From contig NC_043002.1 in assembly GCF_006345805.1 (NCBI RefSeq), forward strand, positions 95,976,001-96,040,000: a stretch of 64,000 nucleotides of DNA, read 5' to 3'. Source of the DNA: Octopus sinensis (Eukaryota). This document shows, piece after piece, positions 26,493 to 41,900 of the stretch (position 1 is the stretch's first letter; every line of letters starts with the position of its first letter). Both the position numbers and the translations under genes were made by a program. The notes under the pieces were generated by a model that worked only from the letters and a program-made list of their open reading frames with translations, searched no databases and was not told where the DNA came from.

Positions 26493-29400
26493 CTAAAAGC
26501 AAAAAGAGAAAAAAGTGAAATCAAGCATATTTAATAAAGAACACATTTTTTAAAAAAATTACAAGCTGAGTATGTTTTTCACAAGCATGGAATAAATATT
26601 TGATTGACAATTATACTATATGCTATTGATTAATGGCAGTTTTAGTAATAAACTAGCAGTATCGTCCGGCGTTGCTCGGGTTTGTAAGGGAAATAACTAT
26701 ATAAGCATTTTTAGAGATGTAAAGTATAATAGCCATCTCAAAATGGCTAACCACAAAGGGGTGGGGGTTACTGTAGCTTTTTATGTTCTGAGATTTAATA
26801 ATACATTTTTAGAGAGTTACTTCCCTTATATATGCCAAAAATGCATTAAAAATGGGAAAAATTGATGGTAAATTTTTTTTTAAATCGTAGACTCATCGTA
26901 GACGCGCGCTAATACCCAGAAGGGCTCGATATGAATCACGACTATAAGATACCCGGTTTTGGTTAAACTGCACCGCAAAATGTGGGAGTAGTTAGGAATC
27001 TAAATCGTAGGAGACACACAACCTCACTTTTATATATAAAGATATAATGAGAATGTCAAATAAATTGAGGGAGTGAGGCATAATGGGCCATTTGCCAGAT
27101 TTTCATAATTTTATCCTAATTCCAGACCAGGAAGTATGATGTAGCCATTATGAATTGTATCATTCCTCAATATAAACATTGTATTCTTTCTGGTGATTCC
27201 TTTTGAAGTTCCTCATACCTCAGTTACTAGATCAATCAATTTTTGATTGTCAAACAAAACTTTGCAGTGCTACAGAAGAGGTACTGCAGATTTGGATTGT
27301 TTGTACTAGAGGTATGTTCAGAGTATCTTCTTTGCTTATGTTATGTTGGATAAAGGAAATATCCTTGAAAATTCTGAAAGTCAAGGAAATTCAGAAGTGG
27401 GATATAATGAGTCACTTGTCAGTTTGCAGGATGAGGCATAATGGGTAACTTAACCCTTTCGTTACTTTTATATTATTGTGAGATACTCTGTGTTTCTTTC
27501 AATTACTTTAAATATAACAAAGAATTTAGTAAAATAACTTAGTTATCATTCAGCTAGTGTTAGGAGCATAAATTGTGACTAAGGTTTAGTGGAAAATTTT
27601 AATTCAAAACTTATGAAAACAAGACATTTGTACTCAGAGCCAGAGCCGGTTTCAGCCGGGTTGGTAACGAAAGGGTTAAGCTATAGCACATATATTTCTA
27701 TAAATAGAAGAAAACTTCCACACTCTGTAAATATGTGCTAATATCAGAAAGTGTTTTATCAACATTTTCTCTTGTAATTATTGATATTTACACAAAATCA
27801 AGAGGCAAGGAGTGATTGCATCATTATTCTAAAAGGTAAAGAGAGAAAAATGCACAAAAGTCCGAGAGTGGAAAGGAAGAAGGGTCACCTGCTCTAAAAT
27901 GGCAGAAAACAGGTAGTGCAGAGTGTGACAATAGTGATCATGACCATGACAGAGCAGATAAATCAGAGGAAGAAGACACTGAGTGTTCCATCTGCAAATG
28001 ATTATAGAGCAGATACAAAGGGGAAGAATGAAATTTGGTTGCTTTGTGATGATTGTTGGCCCAAAGTGTATTCCAAGGAGAAAAGGTGTTAACCAAAAGT
28101 TCTGCAAGAATTATACAGCTTAATCTGGACTCCATATGCCAAATGGATGACTTCATCATGATTGAGATAACCTTCAAAATGATTGTTGTTCTGTAATTAT
28201 AGTTGCCATTTTTTTTTTTATGAAGATAGTCTATTTAACTTTGGATGTCTCTGATGTTTCTTTCTTGATTGTTTTTGACATTCACCCACAATTTGTCATA
28301 CTTTTATCCAAATACTACTCTGCATATCACTCCATTTACAGGTGACCTATTATGCCCCACTAAATATTGAGCTTTAAGATTTTCAATGTAGCTCAAATAT
28401 CATCATCGTTTCACGTCCGCTTTCCATGCTAGCATGGGTTGAACGGTTTTTACTGAGGGCTGGCGAGCCAGATGGCTGTACCAGGCTCCAATCTTGATCT
28501 GGCAGAGTTTCTACAGCTGGATGCCCTTCCTAATGCCAACCACTCCGAGAGTGTAGTGGGTGCTTTTTATGTGCCACCGGCACGGGGGCCAGTCAGGCGG
28601 CACTGGCAATGACCTCGCTCGAATCTTTTTACACATGCCATCAGCACAGGTGCCAGTGAAGCGACATTGGTAACGATCACGCTTGAATGGTGCCCTTTTA
28701 CGTGCCACAAGTATGGAAGCCAGTTGGCTGCTCTGACAACGATCACGCTCAGATGGTGCTCTTGGCACCCTACTAGCACAGGCATAAGTGCCAGTAAGGC
28801 GATGCTGGTAACGATCATACTCAAATAGCCGCTCTGTCAAAGATCACACTCGTATGGTGCTCTTTGCACCCCACTAGCACGAATGCCAGTCATTGAATCG
28901 ATATGATTATGCATATATGAAACAAGCATTCAAAATTGCCTCCTAATCCATCAGAATCATGATGCACTTTTTGAGATTGTAAACCCATGTTAACTGTTAA
29001 ATATTGGTTTTTATTTGACAATGCTTTCAAAATTTTGAGGAAAATTGACCCATTATGCCCCACCCTATCTTAAGATATATTGACAATGGTACACTTAGTA
29101 AGATACATGGTTCATATATACTACTAGAACTACGTCTTGTGCATTATAACTTCAAATTGATACGTTTGTAGTTCATATTTTAATACTACTAGCATCTTTG
29201 TCTTCTGTTCTATAACTGGTATAGGCATGTTATATGAAGTGAATGGTGGAAGGAACATGCAAAAGAAGACTGGGAAATACATGGACAGAAGTGTTGAAAG
29301 CTGACCTCAGGATATTAAACTCTATGAAACCCAACATCTTAACTAGGTCGCACACCTTCACTTTAAGACTTGTGGCCTAATGAGTTCAATTCCTGGACTG

Positions 29401-32400
29401 AGCAGTATGTTGTGTATGTGAACAAGGTACTTCATTTTGTGTTGCTCTAGTCTACCCAGCTGAAAATGAGTACCAGCCAAGTGCTAGTGCCGCCGTCTCT
29501 CTCTCTCTCCCCCAACTATTACATTCTCAATATTCTATTGGATCAAGATTAGGACAAACAGTCCAGAAGGGTGGGCATCTACGTCAGTTCACAACAACAT
29601 TGGCACCTAAAACAATTCATAACAACATGCTACTTACTACCAAGTCATAGTCTCTAACAAGTAACTGCTATTAAAAATATAAAAATGCTCACTGATAAGC
29701 ACATAGTTCTTAATACATTAGAGGTAGATGAAATTTGTTGCCTAGTTTAGCATCACCATCTGTCCTTGGGTGCCTTTAGAGGTGTCCACTCTGTTACAAG
29801 CACTGAAGCTAGGTCTCCAGCATATAGATATCTTCTTCCCTGACATGAGGCTCAGAGGTCCTCTAAAGTGTCCCGGGCAGTCCCACTTTCCTTTTTACTA
29901 TATATAATAGATAGAGGCATGGCTGTGTGGTAAGAAATTTGCTTCCCAACCACATGGTTCTGGGTTCAGTCCCTCTGTGTGGTACCTTGCGCAACTGTCT
30001 TCTATAGCCTCATGCTGACCAAAGCTTTGTGAGTGGGTTTGTTAGACAGAAACTGAAAGAAACTTGTCATATATATGTGTGTCTTTGCATTTGTCCCCCA
30101 ATTACCACTTCACAACCGGTGATGGTGTGTTTACATACATGCCCATAACTTAGCAGTTCAACAAGAAGACTGACAGAATAAGTACCAGGTTTGATACAAA
30201 AAAAAAAAGGACTGGAGTAGATTCATTCGGTAAAAATCCTTCAATGTGGTGCCCCAGCATAGCTGCAGTCTAATGAGTGAAATAAGTAAAAAAAATAAAC
30301 ACTATATATATATATATATATATATATACAAAAGCATAAAACTTACAGGATCATGAGAAATCAGTACTCCAAGACATACCAAAGGTGCATTTGCTTCATA
30401 AAAACGAAGCCAGTTATCAAGTTCTGTGACATTATTTATTGGTTTACAACTGAAATCAGGCTGTTGGAAGAAATAAATTGAAGCAAATTTTACTACAAAA
30501 TATTTAGAAATATTCATAAAAATTCAAAGAATATCAAATGGGATTATAAGCATTGATTAACTTGTCATCAATTTTTTATCATGGAAACTAATCATCATCA
30601 TCATCATCATCGTCGTTTAGCGTCCGTTTTCCATGCTAGCATGGGTTGGACGGTTCTACTGGGGTCTGTGAAGCCAGAAGGCTTCATCAGGCCCAGTCAA
30701 ATCTGGCAGTGACTGGGCCTGATAACCAGTAAAATCAAGAGCTTTCAATTAAACCTTATCAACATAAGAAGTTTGCTTCCCAACCACATGGTTTTAGGTT
30801 TAGTTCCGTGCCTCCTACAATAGGTTCAGGTTGATAAAAGCCTTGTGGGAGGAAATAGTAGATGGAAACTGAAAGAACCCTGTTGTACATATGGGTGTAA
30901 GTGTGTGTGTGTGTTTGTGTTTGCATCTGTCCCACCACTGACACACAACTTGTGTTAGTTTGTTTATGTCCTTGTAAATTAGTGGCTCAGCAAAAGAGAC
31001 TAACAGAACAAATACCAGACTTTAAAAAAAAAAACAAAAAAACTTTGGTCAATTTCTTTGACTAAAAACCTTTCAAAGCAGTGCCACAGTGAAATGACTG
31101 AAACAAATAAAAGATGAATTCAAATGAACTTCTATTACTGCTGTTGATGCGCCAATAAATAATGATTGGCAACTGTTTAAGGAAAGTAGGTTATCATATC
31201 CACATTGGAGTATGTTTCTGAGGTTTCTGCTCATGGAAGTCCCACATAAGGGAACCAGTTTGTATGTGGACAAACACCTGTGTGCTGAGAGTAACAGAAA
31301 AGTGAAGAGTGGTATCACCATAGAAGTGGATGAGACTACAAATATCAAGAAATTCATTGACATACAGAAGAAACAATATGAAAGACATAAATGAGACATG
31401 AGATACATCAAAATTAGTAGAATATTAATTATCATATAATACTTTGTATAAAGATAACTTCACTTGCTAATGTCATTAGCATCATGCCAGTTTTTTAAAA
31501 TGTTTCAAATTTTGAAACAAATATAGTAATTTTAGGGGAAGTGGGTTAGTTGATTGCACCAATCCCAGTATTTGATTGCTACTATATATCATTAACCCCC
31601 AAAAGGATAAAGGGCAAAGTTGGCCTCAGTAAGATTTGAACTCAGAATGTAAAGAGCCTGAAGAAATGCCACTAAGCATTTTGTCCAGTGCACTAATGAT
31701 TCCACCAACATGGCACCTTATGTCTGTTTAAGAAAACCTTTTAAGGTACTGAGACAATTTCATAATGTCAATAACAAGTGCAAATAATTGGATCAGACAA
31801 AAAGTATTCTGCAAAATAGAAACCAAGAGCTTACCATAATATGAAGCTTAGCTTTACCATTTTCCATGACAAATAAACCACCTAATGCTACAGGTTCACT
31901 GCCATATTTAGACTTTAAAGTTTTCCGAATTGCTGTGGGAAAATTATCATCACCAATGCGCTTGCTTGCTTTCACTTCAATTACCTAAAAATAAAATCAC
32001 AATTTCTGAAATTAATTGAACAAATATTTAATTCCAATTATTCAATACATAGATATTTCTATTTTAGTATATCATTGCCAATGTATTTTATTCATTTGCA
32101 TAAACAGTATTTGTGTGATACTTAAACTAACATATGCTAATTATTAACAGCAACTAATTATGCTGTCATTTATGACATCTATCTGCCTGCCTGCATGCAT
32201 ACATATGTTATCTATGCAGATCTTAATTTCTAGGTAACTAAAAAATTTTAAACTTCGTATACTGTTAGAATGTGTTTATAAAACATCTTTTTCTCTTGGC
32301 TTTATTGAGAAAATTCTATAGTTTGTAAGATATTTGTTGTTCTTTTTCTTCAATTTCTGCAATTTCAACCAATCAATGACCTCCATTGAGGTAAAAAAAA

Positions 32401-35400
32401 CATTCTGTGCCATATGAATATGTCCCTCGTTTAAGAAACAGATTGGGTTTATTTACATTTGTGAAGAAAAAAAGATGCCCTTCCCCCCACCCCTAACCCT
32501 AAAACAGATTGAAATGCAATAGATCGATACTAGGGTCATAATTATGGGTGACAATTTCATATGACACCGCTAGAAAAAACTGCCGTTCAAACTGAAAAGA
32601 TCCATCTATGCTATTATTGACACTGTCACTGCCACAGTATACTTTATCGATATTTACAAAGGAGATAACTATTCACTCAGTGCTTTAAAAAAAATGTCAT
32701 AGTGCATTTATTATGTATATTAGTGAAGCTATTTCTTATAGTTTACAATGCCATAAATATCACTGAAGTGACATCTTGAAGAAGGAATTCTATAGTCATA
32801 TGTAAAACAGCAGTAGTAGCAACTACAATTGTTGACATTGGCATCATGATCATCATCATCTTCAACATCAACTGATTGTTACCTATTTTCCAATACATAT
32901 CATTCCAGAAAATTCTCTTTCTATTTGGTTGTTTAATGAAAAAATAATTTTTTAAAAAATTTTAATTTACTCAGTGCCTTGCACAGTAACAGATAATTTA
33001 CAAATATTCAATAAAATCTAATAAAACCCTAAATGTATTTGTTACTGGTAAATAGTTACAGTTCATCAACTGATATTCCTAGTAGAATGGGTTAAATGAG
33101 TCTACAGTTTGTTAAATTGCCACTTGACTGTCCCGCAATTCTTCATATGTAAGACCCGATATCCTCAGATTTAATCTCACCATTTTTCATATCCTCCTTG
33201 GGTCTTCCTCTTCCATAAATATTTCTGTCAATACATTGCATTTATTTTTTTCAATACATATCACCCATTCTCATTATACATCTATACCTACCAGAGCAGA
33301 AAACTCTTGTGCTGAGGATTTTGATATCTAGTTATTCTCTAAGCCTACATGTTCTGTCTTCCATGCAATTTAACTAACACTGTAGGTTCAACGTATCATA
33401 ACTGTCTAATTTCTCTCCAGCCTTCATATATAGGTATAATCACTACCCAGATCTTTGAAGCATGCAACTTCACACATTACATGAGCTTCATCCAATCTTT
33501 TTGTGGAAACAGAGAGAAAGAAAGACAGAATCCTTTGGTTGCCAACTGAATCTCTTCCACTGTTACTTGCTCTAGTTACTATACTTTCACTGACATCTTC
33601 TAAAGCACTAATTAGGTCACCCTGAATAAGAGCAAGTATCAACTACATTTAACAAGCCATCTAAGCAATTCATAGACACCTCCCCCTCCGCCCCATTTCA
33701 TGTATGATCTTGATATTAATTGCTTCTGCACATTCATCATACCTTAGTCAACTACTAATACTCAACACACATCCCACCAAACTGCAAAACAGTGGAACCT
33801 ATTAAACACCTTTTCTAGGTAACAAATATGATGTAGAGTTTCTTATGTTCCTAGTTAAGAACTTTTGCAATTATTAAACTAGTAAAATAGTATCTGTGGT
33901 TATCCATTTTAATATAAACCCAACCTATACATTATCAAAGCTGTCCCTACTTTGTAATGAACTCTCTAAACTGCTCATCGGACTCATGCAAACATGAAAA
34001 AGTAAATGTTAAGGCAGTTGCAGCAGTGATGATGATGTATATCTGCTAAATCTAAACATTATAAATCAAATTTACTGCTTCTCAATGTAACACTATCAAA
34101 CAAATTATTGTTTCAGATCTTTACTGTGTGTATTTCAGATTTAGAATAGGTACATTATGTCCCTGTATGTCATAAGAGGAGACTACATTGAGAGGCAATA
34201 GGCAGGGCTTCCATAAAACACTACCTCAGAAATATCACCCAGTTCACACAAGCATAGAAAAGTAAATGTAAAACAGTGACACTGATGACAATAGCAACAA
34301 TTCCATGTTCCTTTTAAAACTTATAAACAATAAAATTTAAGCTAATTTTAGAACCAGTTTCTCCAAATATTTCATTATTACAACATCCTTAAAAAAATTT
34401 AATTTTATCTTCTTATACTTATTTTTTACAAAAGAAAATAATTGTCTACAAATAAAACATTCATTCTGAAAAAAAAAATAGCATTAGAGGAATGGATTAA
34501 ATCATATTTAAGTGATTTGATAATAAAGTGAAAAAAATTATTACCTTTCCCCGTTTGCCTTCACAGCAAAGTAAATTAGCCATTAACATAAAACTTGGAT
34601 GTTCAATTTGTTTTAGATTAAAACAACCATTCTAAAAATGAAAATTTCAAATAAAAAGATAGAAGCAAATCATTATAATAATACTTTTTTAATGGTTTAA
34701 CTCTTTAGCATTTAAATGGGCTATATCCAACCAAAATATTCTACATGTTTTATGTTCAAACAGACCAGGTCTGGCATCTCCCACCAACCCAACAATGTCA
34801 GTCTAAAAATAAAGTTACTTCATCAAAATTTCAAAGCTACAGGATAATGCATGATTAATTCAAAGTAATGTGAATAAGCAAGCATTACATTTGACACAGC
34901 AATGTAAATATTAAAGGATTAAATGGGAAGAATGGTAGAGTCCATGACACTTTTCAGGGCCTCTAAGACAGGTGGGAGGAAAGGAGGAAGTTAGTCTTAA
35001 AACAGAGAAATAGCCCAAATACTTGCAAAAGAGTGGACCTTGTTAAAACACTTAATAGACAGATGGTGGTGTTAAACCAGTTGATAGATTATACTCTATC
35101 ATCCCAAGTCAAAATAATGCTTAACAAAGAAAAATATAATATTTTCATTATAAATACAGTATTTTTTTTAATCAATTATTTAGAAATACGATGAAAGTAT
35201 TATACATCAACAATTTATTAAACAAGTCTTTTTTTCAACATTTACTGCTTATGATTCCATGTTCTTTTAATATTAAACTGTTACATAATCAATCTTTCAT
35301 TCAGATAGAATGCACACCTGGCAAATTATACGCATCTCATCCCATCTAATACTGCAAGCTTACCATATTCTCCAAAAAGGATTCGTAAGTGTCAATAGAT

Positions 35401-38400
35401 TTTCATTGCTGTGAGGAGTGGAAAGGTCTGCTAAAACAGAGGTCTCCTGACACATTAGACCTACCTTACTCCTCACATATGACACCTAGAAAAACTCTTT
35501 GGATTTTATTGACATTGTTTCCCATACAGATTCTTTTGAATTCTAGAGTCCCTTTTTCTTTGAAGAGGCCCTGAATAAAGATCTCTAAGGTCACCAATGT
35601 ACACTACTCTTTCGTGGTTAAGTGGTTAGGTGTACTAAAGCCATCCAGAAGGCTTCAACACTATGTAAATTTACAACTAAAAAGATATAGGGATACTGAT
35701 GCAAAAGAGAAAATTTAATTGCATCCTATCATTAATATTGTATCACAGTGAATTAGGAACTAAACAAAGTTATTTGTTGCCACTACTGACTAATCAGCTT
35801 TTGTTTACTGATCAAAGATGGTATTTACACTTTGAAGAAAAATAATCTTACTGCATATCAGATATTTGCATCCTAACCATGCAAAATATCACCATGATGA
35901 AAAACAATTTCTCTAGTCTTTATTTGAGAAATTAAAACACATTAAAACACATTACATTTACCATTAAAACACATTACATTTACCATTGTGCACGTCTAAG
36001 AATGGTAATCCACTACTTAAAAACAAAAAAAAAAACACAGGATAATCATGACTGGAAATTCTATTGATAAGTCTGCTCAGTAAGAGCTGACCTGGAGTTA
36101 AACAACAAAGGACACAACAAACAATAGTTACAGCAATATGAGAAACAACATCCTCAGTAATTTTTTAAAAACTTCTTACCTCAGGATCGACCTTTGCGAT
36201 GTAAGTCTGACACCCATCTGGTTTATTTAGGTTCACATTGCACATCATCTACAACATAATTCATAGATTTCATCATCAGTCACCATGACACTAAAGTACA
36301 GTTATAAATACATCATAGTAGATCACTACCCACCAGTTGCTCTCTTTTACAGTGACACATCTTTATTGTTATCCCATCAAGCTGCTTATGCTGTTTTTCT
36401 ATTTGATGTCCTTACCAAGAACCAACATATAGCTGTCATACTCTCTTTTTCCCAATTCTACCATCCCATTATTATTTCTCACATCATACTCACTCAAACT
36501 CTCTCCTGTCACATTCTTGGTCATCACCCACTTCTACTCACACTTTCATTCAGTAGAGAGGGCTCCTTAATTTCACAAAGGACAAGATAACTTTCCTTGC
36601 ATTGGTGTCACAATAAGATAGATACAATACACTTTGTAAAGTGACTAGCATTTGTTCAGAGACAGCATAGGATTGAGAGGACTCTAGTCACTTCAAGGAC
36701 ATGACAATTTTTCTCATGCCACAACTGCAACATATCCATAGATACATATCAGTAACCAGATTGCACTTATGTAACAAACATTTTTCACACTTCAAGAAAA
36801 AAATGAAAAGTAAATTGAGCAAATTTTGCGTGCTTTTAAATGGCTACAATGGCTCTTTTATGATCTAACTGCAACATTTACATATTTCTGGAATATTTTT
36901 TAATTGTTTGTTTGTTTGTTTTGTTACAGCTGAATTTTGCTTTTAATCACACAGTGTGAAATATGGGGGAGAGCTATAACTAATTGAATTGATGCTGAAG
37001 CAATGTAAAGTTAATAGAAATGATTTCTAACATAGACACACGGCTTCATATTTTGGAGGTGGAGTATAAGAAATTATGTTAAACCTAGTACTTGGATAGA
37101 TTGCCTTGTAGGTAGTATTTGTTCAAACTCTCTGCCCTTTTAGTTTAAATCCTGCAGAGGTCAATATTGCCTTTCCTCCTTATGGAGTTGATAAATAAGG
37201 TACAAGTCAATTACTGGGGCAGTTTCTCTCCCTCTCTCACCTCTCTTAAATTCAGCTATGTTGAAGAGACCAAGAAGGAGGATCCATAAGGTGATCCAAT
37301 CAAACATTTCACCATTAATGTCAATAATGTGACCGATGTTTTTAGAGAAGCACAGAATGTAAACATTTACACAGACATATACACACACAATGAGCTTTGT
37401 ACAACTTCAATCAAACAAAGTCACTTCCAAAGCATTGGTTGTCCTTGGGCTGTAGTAGAAGACACTTGTCCAAGGTGCCCCATAGTGGGATTGAACCCAG
37501 AACAACTCAGCCATGCCTGTGCAAACACACACATGTAAATGAAAAGAAAGAATACTTACCTCAGAATTGACCCCTACTAAATGAGCTGGGCCAGCTCCAG
37601 CACCAATGAAAAATCCATCTTGTTGACCAGAAATTTCAGCTATTGTTTTTATATTATAAATCTGTAACAAAATTCAAAAACAAAATTATTTAATAGTTTG
37701 TCATGTTACATACATTTACATTCATTTCTTTAATAATTCAAAACTATTTAACTATTCAATTCTTTAATAATTTTAAATATAATAGTTGAGACATAGTTAA
37801 AAATACTTTTGTACAAGTTTCAATAATCTTTCTTTTATTTTTTATTTGTTTTAGTCATTGGACTGTAGTCATTCTGGGGCACCACCTCAAACGGTTTTAG
37901 AACTCATACTTATTGTGTCAGCCTCTTTTGGTGAACCGCCAAATTATGGGGACATAAAAAACAACACTGGTTGTCAAGCATCATGAAGGAAGGAGGCTGA
38001 AACAATAGAAGGTACAGAGTACTTGTGGTTTACTTTGAACCTTCTCACATTGTTCCAGGCTTACATGACAAATCTTTTTACAATTCATATATCTCATTCT
38101 CATTTCTCTCATTTACTTGTTTCAGTCATTTGACTGTGGCCATACTGGAGCACCGCCTTTAGTCGAGCAAATCGACCCCGGGACTTATTCTTTGTAAGCC
38201 CAGTACTTATTCTATCGGTCTCTTTTGCTGAACCGCTAAGTGACGGGGACGTAAACACACCAGCACTGGTTGTCAAGCAATGCTAGGGGAACAAACACAG
38301 ACACACAAACGTATACACACACACATATATATATACATATATACGATAGGCTTCTTTCAGTTTCCGTCTACCAAATCCACTCACAAGGCATTGGTCGGCC

Positions 38401-38523
38401 CGGGGCTATAGCAGAAGACACTTGCCCAAGATGCCACGCAGTGGGACTGAACCCGGAACCATGTGGTTGGTTAGCAAGCTACTTACCACACAGCCACTCC
38501 TGCGCCTATATTATATCTATCTA

Positions 38524-38569
<46 letters not shown>

Positions 38570-38839
38570 TACACAAAGATGAGAGAGAATCCACTATGTG
38601 GACGCTCTTACGCTAAAGATAGATCCGCAAGAGTCTCAACCACTAAGAATGGTTAGTGGTTGAGACCCTTGCGGATCTATCTTTAGCGTAAGAGCGTCCA
38701 CATAGTGGATTCTCTCTCATATTTGTGTATTAATAATATTTACTGAATCTCAGTCTTTTATGCGCTAGACCACTGGTGTTAAATTGGTGTTATTAAATTA
38801 ATATACAAATCTTACACCCTCATTTTGATTTTAATTATA

Positions 38840-38884
<45 letters not shown>

Positions 38885-38905
38885 TATATATATATATATA
38901 TACAC

Positions 38906-38949
<44 letters not shown>

Positions 38950-41900
38950 GGTCCCGGGTTGAGTCGGGATTAACCACAGTAAATAAGGTACTCAATACAT
39001 AGCAGAGTAAATTAATTTATTTTATAGAAGGAGCTTCTACAGGACTAGAACTGATGATTTCATTTGAATGAAACAGTTCTAGTCCTGTAGAAGCTCCTTC
39101 TATAAAATAAATATATATATATATATATATATGCGCACAGTAATCCCTCGACTATTGCGGGTGTTACATTCCAAAACTCCCCGCGATAGGTGAAAATCCG
39201 TGAAGTAGAAACAGTACTATACTGTATATTTGTTTTTATAATTTGTATATATTTATTTTATTATAAATACAAAACAACATCACGGAGGAATCAACACAAG
39301 CTTAAATGATAAACCACGATAGGTGAACCACAATATGGTGAGGGATTACTCTGTGTGTGTGTTTGTGTTGCATATACACATACACACACACACAATAGGC
39401 CTCCACATAGTTTCTGTCTACCAAATCCACTCCCAAAGCATTAGTTGGCCCCGGGATAAAGTAGAAGTCACTTGCCCAAGGTGTCAGGCAGTGGGACTGA
39501 ACTTGAAATAATGTGTTACAAAGTGAGCTTCTTAACCACACAGCCATGGTTACACTTATGAGGACTTTTTTTTTTAAAGAATTTTTTATGATAGCAATCA
39601 AATAAGATATAGCTGTGATACAGGAATTTTGTACATGATAACTTTAAGATTGAATAAGATTACAGAATGAGTTGCATAAAAAGCATTATATGCAACCTGT
39701 AATCAAAATCAAGTGTTCAAATTTAATGACATGACAAACTAAATCAATTGAAGGGTCTCTGGCTTGAAGTTTATAATACAGGAGTACTATAAGTTTATAG
39801 AAGTTTATAGTATAATCTCCAGATTATAGAAGGGCTTGAACCCGTCACTGTAAACAAATGAAACATTTTCTTCCATTTCTTACATCAATCTCATATACTG
39901 GTTTATGTGATTATTTTACCTCTTGACAGCTAGGTAGACTGAGCCAACCAGCAATAAGTGTCAGAGTGGTTGGTACAATCAAGTACCTGTGACATGGGAT
40001 CTCAACTGTTAGTACTTTTCACACTAGCTAAAACACATTATTATCTTTGTCATCTTTACTTAGAAGTTAACAGTCATTATTATTATTATCTTCACCATTA
40101 AATCGGCAAGCTGACAGAATTGTTAACATTCTGAACGAAATGCATAACGCTACATTCTGAGTTAAAATTCCACTGAGGTCAACTTTGCCTCTCATCCTTT
40201 CGGGGTTGTGGATTAAGTACCTGGGGTCAATGTAATCAACTAGCCCCCTCCTCACAAAATTTCAGACCTTCTACCAAAATAAAAAGGATTATTATCTTTA
40301 CCATTAAGGCAGCAGGTTGGCAGAATCATTGCTGCAGTGGATAAAATGCTTAGCAGCATTTCTTCCAGCTCCTAATGTTCTAAGTTCAAATTCCATCATG
40401 GTCAACTTTACCTTTCATTCATTCAGGGCTAATAAGATATCTAACTAGTTGAGTACTGGAATTGATGTAACTGACTTACTAAAGTTGCCGGCCTTATGCT
40501 AAAATTTTTATCCTTGACATATATGCCTAGTAGCCATAGCATAATTATTATCTTCATCATTTTTACCCTGTAGCTATCACATTATTATCTTCATTTACAA
40601 CAAATAATGCATAATACACAGTTAGACCTATAATCAACATATTTGTAAAATCTGGAAAGTAAAATGTTACAGCAGAATAAATATCCATTCCTTCAACCTA
40701 ACCTTGTTTTTCTCTCCTATTATAAGAATCATCATTATTGTTATTTTAACATCTAATTTTCAATGCTTACATTGAAAAAATAGGCAGAATCCATTGAGAC
40801 AGATTTTCTCTAGACAGATGGACTTCCTGTTTTCAGTCAAGCTAAATATTTCTCCCATGACTAGACATGTTTTCATGGAAGATTAGAAACATGTGACACC
40901 ACTTGAATGATGATGATGATGATGATGCTCATTTAAAACTATAGTCAAATGTATACATACACACACACACATGTATGCGTGTGTGTATGTATATCATGTG
41001 ATCACGTGACCAACCAGACCATCAGATGTTGCTACACATCACTGGTCACAATGCGTTTGCATTGTTTTTAGCCTTTGAACGACACCACCCTGCTGGCTAA
41101 GTGAGCAGGCGAACAGAAGAGTGAGAGAAATAGTGGTGAAAGAGTACAGCAGGGATCACCACCCCCTGCCGGAGCCTCATGGAGCTTTTAGGTGTTTTCG
41201 CTCAATAAACACACACAACGCCCGGTCTGGGAATCGAAACCGCGATCCTACGACTGCGAGTCCGCTGCCCTAGCCACTGGGCCATTGCGCCTCCACGTGT
41301 ATGTAAATATATATATATATATATATCATCATCATCATCATCGTTTAACGTCCGCTTTCCATGCTAGAATAGGTTGGACGATTTTGACTTAGGGCTGACG
41401 AACAAGATGGCTGCACCAGGCTCCAATCTTGATCTGGCAGAGTTTCTACAGCTGGATGCCCTTCCTAATGCCAACCACTCTGAGAGTGTAGTGGGTGCTT
41501 TTTACGTGCCACCGGCATGGGGGGCCAGTCAGGCGGTACTGGCAATGACCTCACTCAAATCCTTTTACACGTGCCACTGAAGCGACGTTGGTAATGATCA
41601 CGCTCGAATGGTGCCCTTTTACGTGCCATGGGTATGGAAGCCAGTTGGCTGCTCTGGCAACGATCATGCTCGGATGGTGCTCTTGGCACTCTACTAGCAC
41701 AGGCACAAGTACCAGTAAGGCGACGCTGGTAACGATCATACTCGAATGGTGCCATATACACATACACACAAGTTTCTTTCGGTCAGTTTCCCTCAACTAA
41801 ATCCACTCACAAAGCTTTGGTCAGCTTGAGGCTATAGTAGGAGATGCCTGCCTAAAACGCTAAAGTGCCATGCAATGGGACTGAACCGAAAACTATGTGG

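Larger units (their letters stand above)
27065..29070. mobile_element. decayed pogo/Tigger-like DNA transposon with nested insertions
   Basis: gaggcataatggg at about 27076 and 27433, inverted as c(c/t)attatgccccac at about 28347 and 29050; residual DTECSICK...CDDC Cys-rich C-terminus about 27970-28055. Confidence 0.55.

Noticed and set aside
31073-31435. 120-aa minus ORF in a C11orf54 intron
   Set aside because: No recognisable domain; partly overlaps a SINE tail; not needed for the gene model
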